Shown here: positions 58,965 through 64,000 of the stretch, piece by piece
How positions within the stretch are numbered: the stretch's first letter is position 1
Layout of the letters: each line of letters opens with the position of its first letter
Source of the DNA: Tubiluchus corallicola
Taxonomy: Eukaryota > Animalia > Priapulida
DNA: 64,000 nucleotides
Reading direction: 5' to 3'
Assembly: GCA_030141605.1 (NCBI GenBank)
Contig: JAQGDQ010000249.1
Location: 246,510 to 310,509 of the forward strand
Translations under genes and position numbers: made by a program
Notes under the pieces: model-generated
Database searches by the model: none
What the model saw: the letters and a program-made list of their open reading frames with translations, nothing else
Told to the model about the DNA's origin: nothing

Positions 58965-59897
58965 TGTTGGGAGCCGAGTGGACCACTGCGCCAAGTAGAC
59001 CACTTGATGCGCTAAAAGTAGTGTCCTACATGGGCAGCCCAAGTAGGACACTAGCGATAAATGTAGGTGTTAGATGTAGGATTGTTTAGCTGTAGACTTA
59101 AATATTAAGTGAGAATATTCCAGTGTTTATGAACTTTTGTCTAGTTTTGCCTTTTGTCAAGTTTTGGTTTATTGTGTTACTAGTAATAACTTTTTCGAGT
59201 TTTTTGAGTCCCAACCAAAATGTTATTTTATAATATTGTTGTAGCTTAGCCTGTTATTTACTTTGCTCGTATTTATTATTGTTTCCATAGTCATATTTAT
59301 TTTTATTTTGTATTGCATTCTGTGAAAGTGCATTGCTAATTCAGTCAAATATTTTCCTACTTGAATTGCATAAACATGTTTATAAAAATGCAGCTGATAA
59401 TTTTTTCTAACATTAATTCCAAATCCTCAGTGTGGATGAAAAATATTGGTTTGTTATAGCGATGTTGCCCTATGAACAAACTGATATTTTCAAAACAAAA
59501 CGAAAATTGACTTTGAACAGAAATAGCAATCACTGTGTGTATGTATGAGTGGGCATAAACTGATCGCTTCAAAGGTAAGGTAGCCATCAAAAAAATTTTT
59601 GCTGAGCTAATTAAGTCCAACCTCTCGACCTCCTCGTGGTGCTTGCTTCTACCAGCTCAGAATAAAATTCTTTTATTTTATTAGATGTATAATAAATTAT
59701 TCAACGTGTACTAACGTTTTTAATTATTATTATTACATAAACAAGCACAACGGACGGTGTCAGTACACTTAACGACTCAATTGGCGACCTGTCTCTAGTG
59801 TCCTACTTGGGCAGCCCAAGTAGACCGCGGTCTACTTGGGCTAGCCCAAGTAGACCAATTGGTCTACTTGGCGCAGTGGTCCACTCGGCTCCCAACA
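58965..59897. mobile_element. Non-autonomous TIR element with TGT...ACA ends and a 5-bp TSD (Ginger-like MITE)
   Basis: 38-bp perfect TIR TGTTGGGAGCCGAGTGGACCACTGCGCCAAGTAGACCA; TSD CTACA (58960-58964 and 59898-59902); subterminal CTACTTGGGC-AGCCCAAGTAG palindromes. Confidence 0.85.
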
Positions 59898-60464
59898 CTA
59901 CAGATTCGTTGTGCTTGTGCCCGATTTTGAGGTCTTGCTGTCTATATTATTATTAAGCTCGTGCTCCTGATAAGATTGAGTCTAGATGCCTAAATTACAC
60001 GGCGGTTGGTCAAATCACAGTTAAATGAATTAATTTGCAAATTTCTACTGTTCGTTTGCTAGCATAAGCTGAAATGTGCAAGAGGCTTCTAGTCCACTTC
60101 TGGTTTGCCATCAAGTCTTGTAGCTGTCTCAGCGTCATGCGCATGTGCCACTAGTGTGTAAAATATCTTGCACGTTTTATAGTCGCAAAACTAGATATTA
60201 CTACACAAATCCAGATGAAAATTTTATGTCAAAGATAAATTGGTGGCTGATTTGGTTTAGTTATTGTGAATACCGTGAATATGCTGAACCTACTTTATCC
60301 CTAGTAAGAACCCCCAGTAAGAACATGGTGGCAGGATTTCTTTAAACACTATTTGTTGTGTCTACAATATTAAGGAATTTCATAAAACATGCCAGCATAA
60401 TAATGTATCCAAATCTAAACTTTATCGATAATACCTGCTGACTTGAACTGCTAAGAGAGTTTTA

Positions 60465-60835
60465 TAAAAGGCTCACTTACAACCTTAGAGTTGAAGAGAC
60501 AGAGGAGACTTGATACAAATGTATCAAATTTTACATGGGTTAGGTGGCACTGAAAGAGAAAAAATGTTTACACTGACTAGTGATGGCAAAACCAAAGGGC
60601 ACTTTCTTAACTTTTTTAAAAGTAGATCCAAAACGGATTGTAGAAAATATTTTTCATGGAAAGAGTGATTAGAGCGGGGAATTTACTCCCATCTGAAATT
60701 GCTAAGCATTTTCAATGAACAGTTTCCAGAACAAGCAGGATAGATATTTAGATATGAAATATAGGGTTAAAATGAGCTTGCTTGATTAAGCTCTATCACT
60801 CTTATACTTTAAAAGAGGCGGTATGGTATGGTATA
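60465..60835 (+). mobile_element. Degenerate CR1-group LINE 3' end
   Basis: Frameshifted remnant reading TTLE.KR..TKGHFL.FFKSRSKTDCRKYF..RVI; (GGTAT)n tail. Confidence 0.6.
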
Positions 60836-61706
60836 TATGACAGACGGCAATAGTTTATTGAAAAAGGCCGAGCAAGTTTCTTGTATAGTGTAAGAGCATG
60901 ATGCCCTTAATTGTCCCTGCAACCCCCAGCCCCCGTCATATTGGTTACATCCAGTTTTGTGGTGAAAGCATTGCTGTTTACTGTTAATCTCTGCCCACCC
61001 TGGATTTCCCTGTTGGAGTCAGCTGTAACATTACCATCTGAAGCTGATAAGTTTGTTGCTTGTTGCTGTATAACTTACTATACTGTTTTAATAAACAGAG
61101 TTTATTTTTACTAAATAATCACATTTATTGTGATTTTGGGCTAGTGACCTTGTAACAGTTGCCACATAATTATGATTGGTTCTTATTCATCTGATGCGAT
61201 AAATGAAAGTTTCATTGACCACTGTGACCAGAGTGCTTAAAAATGTAAAATATCCTGTGCCATTTGTTGGGAAAGTTATCCCCGCAATGAAAACTTTAAG
61301 GGCCTAGGGAAGTGCATATTGTACTTTTCCTAAAAGCTGCACACACTGTTACAGGTGTTTCTCTGGTCATTATCTATGTCTGCGACTAGAGGCAAAGTCT
61401 ACACATTTTTAAAGGAAAAGCCAAGCCTTCTGGTAAGTTAGGAAAGGTTTCCTGCTTTTTTGAAACAAGTTGCACAAAAAACAGCGCTGTACTTCTCAGT
61501 TCGGAGGTGTTAATTTGTGTCATATTGCACACATTTGAGAGCTCATGCATGAGCACAGTGGTAAATTTGAAAACTGAATTTTTATCTTAAATTTGTCAAG
61601 TTTCAGTATATCTCACTGAATCTCATACATTGGCACTGTACTTCAATTTTTGTTTTTGCAAACACGCCCATGGAATGTTTGTGCTGTTGAAAATTGTGTT
61701 CATTTG

Positions 61707-62871
61707 TGATGCCCGTAGTATTTGGGCTCACCCACCTTTAATTAAGTTTTGAATCTGTTTTTTAATTATCCAAAAATGCTTTTGCAGTTTTATTGGTCTT
61801 AAAATGTATAATTTTTACTGTACTTCAAGATTGGTTAGGATATGAAAAATCATCTAGTTTTCCTTTAAACATTTTGCTTTCATCCCAAGTTTGATAATGG
61901 GCATGAGTAATGTAAATGACCAAATTACTGCTTTTCCAATTTATTATTAAATATTAAAATTTTTGAAAACAAATGTTTGCTGTGCAAGTTTAATAATAAT
62001 TTTGTGTAGCTTGAGCAAGTAACTGTAGTAGCTTTTTTAAGAGCGATCTTTTTTTGTTATCGCACTTTGTAAGTTGTACTGAGTGCAGAAAGTCAGCTTA
62101 AATCATGTAGGTGTCCATATGATGTTTTTAACTTGTGTCTTGCACTGCCAGTATATGATCTTGTTCTGCTTTGATTCCTGCTTTCAAAACTACAAAAATT
62201 AATATGCAACTTTTAATAAAAATTGCAAGTATGCAGTTTTTATCCATTCAGAGTATCAAAGTTTGATTAATGACATGCTATAAAGTGAGATGTTTAGTGG
62301 TAAGTGTTTAGCATGCATAGTCAAACATTATGACTTCGAGAACTTGCAATAATCACTAGTGAAAGCTAGTTAGCTTGTCAACAGAGCGCTGCTTATGTTC
62401 CACAGAGTGCAAAGATCACTTTTAAGTTGCAGAAATTTGCCTGTCCCATTATCATTTTGTAGTTTTGCAGCATTTCTGCAATTTACATTTGTAATATTTG
62501 TTATTATTCTAGTTGTTGTTTTGAATTGAGAACTACTAAACTTTCATTTGTATACAATAATATTCAATATTAAACTTACATTTTGCAGGTGCTACAATGA
62601 ATAAAGGAAATCAATCAAAAAGCGAAAGTAGAGCGGTGTCGAATTTCAGAGAATATCTGCGAATTAAAACTGTGCAACCTGATCCAGTGGGATGAAAGCA
62701 AAATGTTTAAAGGAAAACTAGATGATTTTTCATATCCTAACCAATCTTGAAGTACAGTAAAAATTATACATTTTAAGACCAATAAAACTGCAAAAGCATT
62801 TTTGGATAATTAAAAAACAGATTCAAAACTTAATTAAAGGTGGGTGAGCCCAAATACTACGGTACGCATCA
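61707..62871. repeat. Near-identical inverted duplication of about 180 bp (61707-61887 / 62688-62871)
   Basis: CCGTAGTATTTGGGCTCACCCACC...CATTTTGCTTTCATCCCA is the reverse complement of TGGGATGAAAGCAAAATG...GGTGGGTGAGCCCAAATACTACGG. Confidence 0.9.
62597..62695 (+). pseudogene. ACY1: Aminoacylase-1 first coding exon, apparently truncated
   Basis: After the acceptor TTTTGCAG| (62588) it reads MNKGNQSKSESRAVSNFREYLRIKTVQPDP, matching the ACY1 N-terminal FR.YLRI.TVQP.PDY motif; it then runs into the inverted repeat and a TGA. Confidence 0.65.
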
Positions 62872-64000
62872 GTATTGTTATTTAGAGTGACCTTTTAGCT
62901 TTTTAGTCGGGTTATAATAAAGTGTGACCCGGACAAAAAGAGTGTATGGCTGAATTCTTGCACAGACACCCAGAAAGTCGTCTGGAACAATATATTAAAA
63001 ATCGTTGTAAATTCACCTTGGGGGGGGGGGGGAAATATGGTGCTTTTAATTCAGAATGGCCACCAATGTAGCATTAAAGTCAAAATAACTCAACATGGAG
63101 GCATTTAAGAGAGCATAAAGGTATTACCAGCTGATATAAAAGTGCATATGGCTTATCAGAAAAATAGTGTTTCGAGGTCATTAAAATCTGGCCAAAATGG
63201 TGGTCAGTGTAGAATTAAAATAAAAATAACTCAACTAGGTGGCATATAAGTTCGCGAATATGTATTGCCAGCTGGTAAAAACACAGTCCGTAACACATAG
63301 CATCCACAAGTACGTGTATACTCTATAAGTCATCAACTATGTTGTTAATCTCAAGTGTAGCATCAGTCAGTTCCTCCTTGTTTTGGCAACTCTACCCGCA
63401 ACAATTGTAACAAGCTGCCACACAGTACAAACAATGTGCTCGGCAAGAGCATATGCAGCCGTAAAAGCTGACTTGCACTTACACTGAACAACAATCAAGA
63501 TGTCTGATGGAACACTGGCAAAAACTTGTTACCTTTATATTCAGAACTCCACTCTTGGGGATTGTAAGTTACAGGTGCTGGTGCACACATAGGCTGTGAA
63601 AATGTCTAGCATGCTCTGTTGGTGGTAGAACTTGTGGTCTTACTATACAATTTGACAGCTATACAGTTCGTGTAACGTGCATACCCGAATTCATTAAGGA
63701 CACCTTTTTCTTTCCCTGATTACAGAAAATTTAAGCCCTGCAAAAGTAATTTGCTCAAGTGTGGCATCTTCTTTATGAAATATATTGCTTATGTGCTGGA
63801 CTGTCAGCATTTTTAATTTTTTCAGTACATGTATGTTACTTTTCCCCTGACCTTACGTAGCCGGCTACCGGCTTTGTGTCAAAATCACTCCATGCGTGAA
63901 AAAAATGTGCTGTGCTGCAAGCCTGTTTTGTCTAGTACTGTTCGTATTGACAACTGCAGGGAAGAAGTATACATCACTCATATTTTCTCTAAAATGGTAC

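Overview
AT-rich, intron-rich animal genomic DNA from an invertebrate bilaterian; the troponin I is of the nematode/arthropod type. Hand-built gene models, all with consistent GT-AG phases: diacylglycerol kinase epsilon (minus strand, 9 coding exons, runs off the left edge), troponin I (plus, 9 coding exons and a candidate alternative microexon), a melatonin-receptor-like class A GPCR (minus, 5 exons), SRSF7/9G8 (minus, 4 coding exons and a candidate poison exon), and a truncated aminoacylase-1 first coding exon. Mobile DNA: an 8.4-kb Gmr1-type Ty3/Gypsy element (gag-PR-IN-RT-RH), several hAT, Tc1-like and Ginger-like MITEs, a Penelope-like fragment with a minimal hammerhead motif, and LINE 3' ends. 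Two observations stand out. (1) The two LTRs of the Gmr1 element are inverted rather than direct, yet one 5-bp target-site duplication (ATCTA) brackets the whole element. (2) Four of the eight internal DGKE introns carry minisatellites whose unit is the splice site itself, giving tandem copies of the donor (with or without the exon tail) or of the polypyrimidine tract. Identities were assigned by eye from known protein motifs; no database searches were run.
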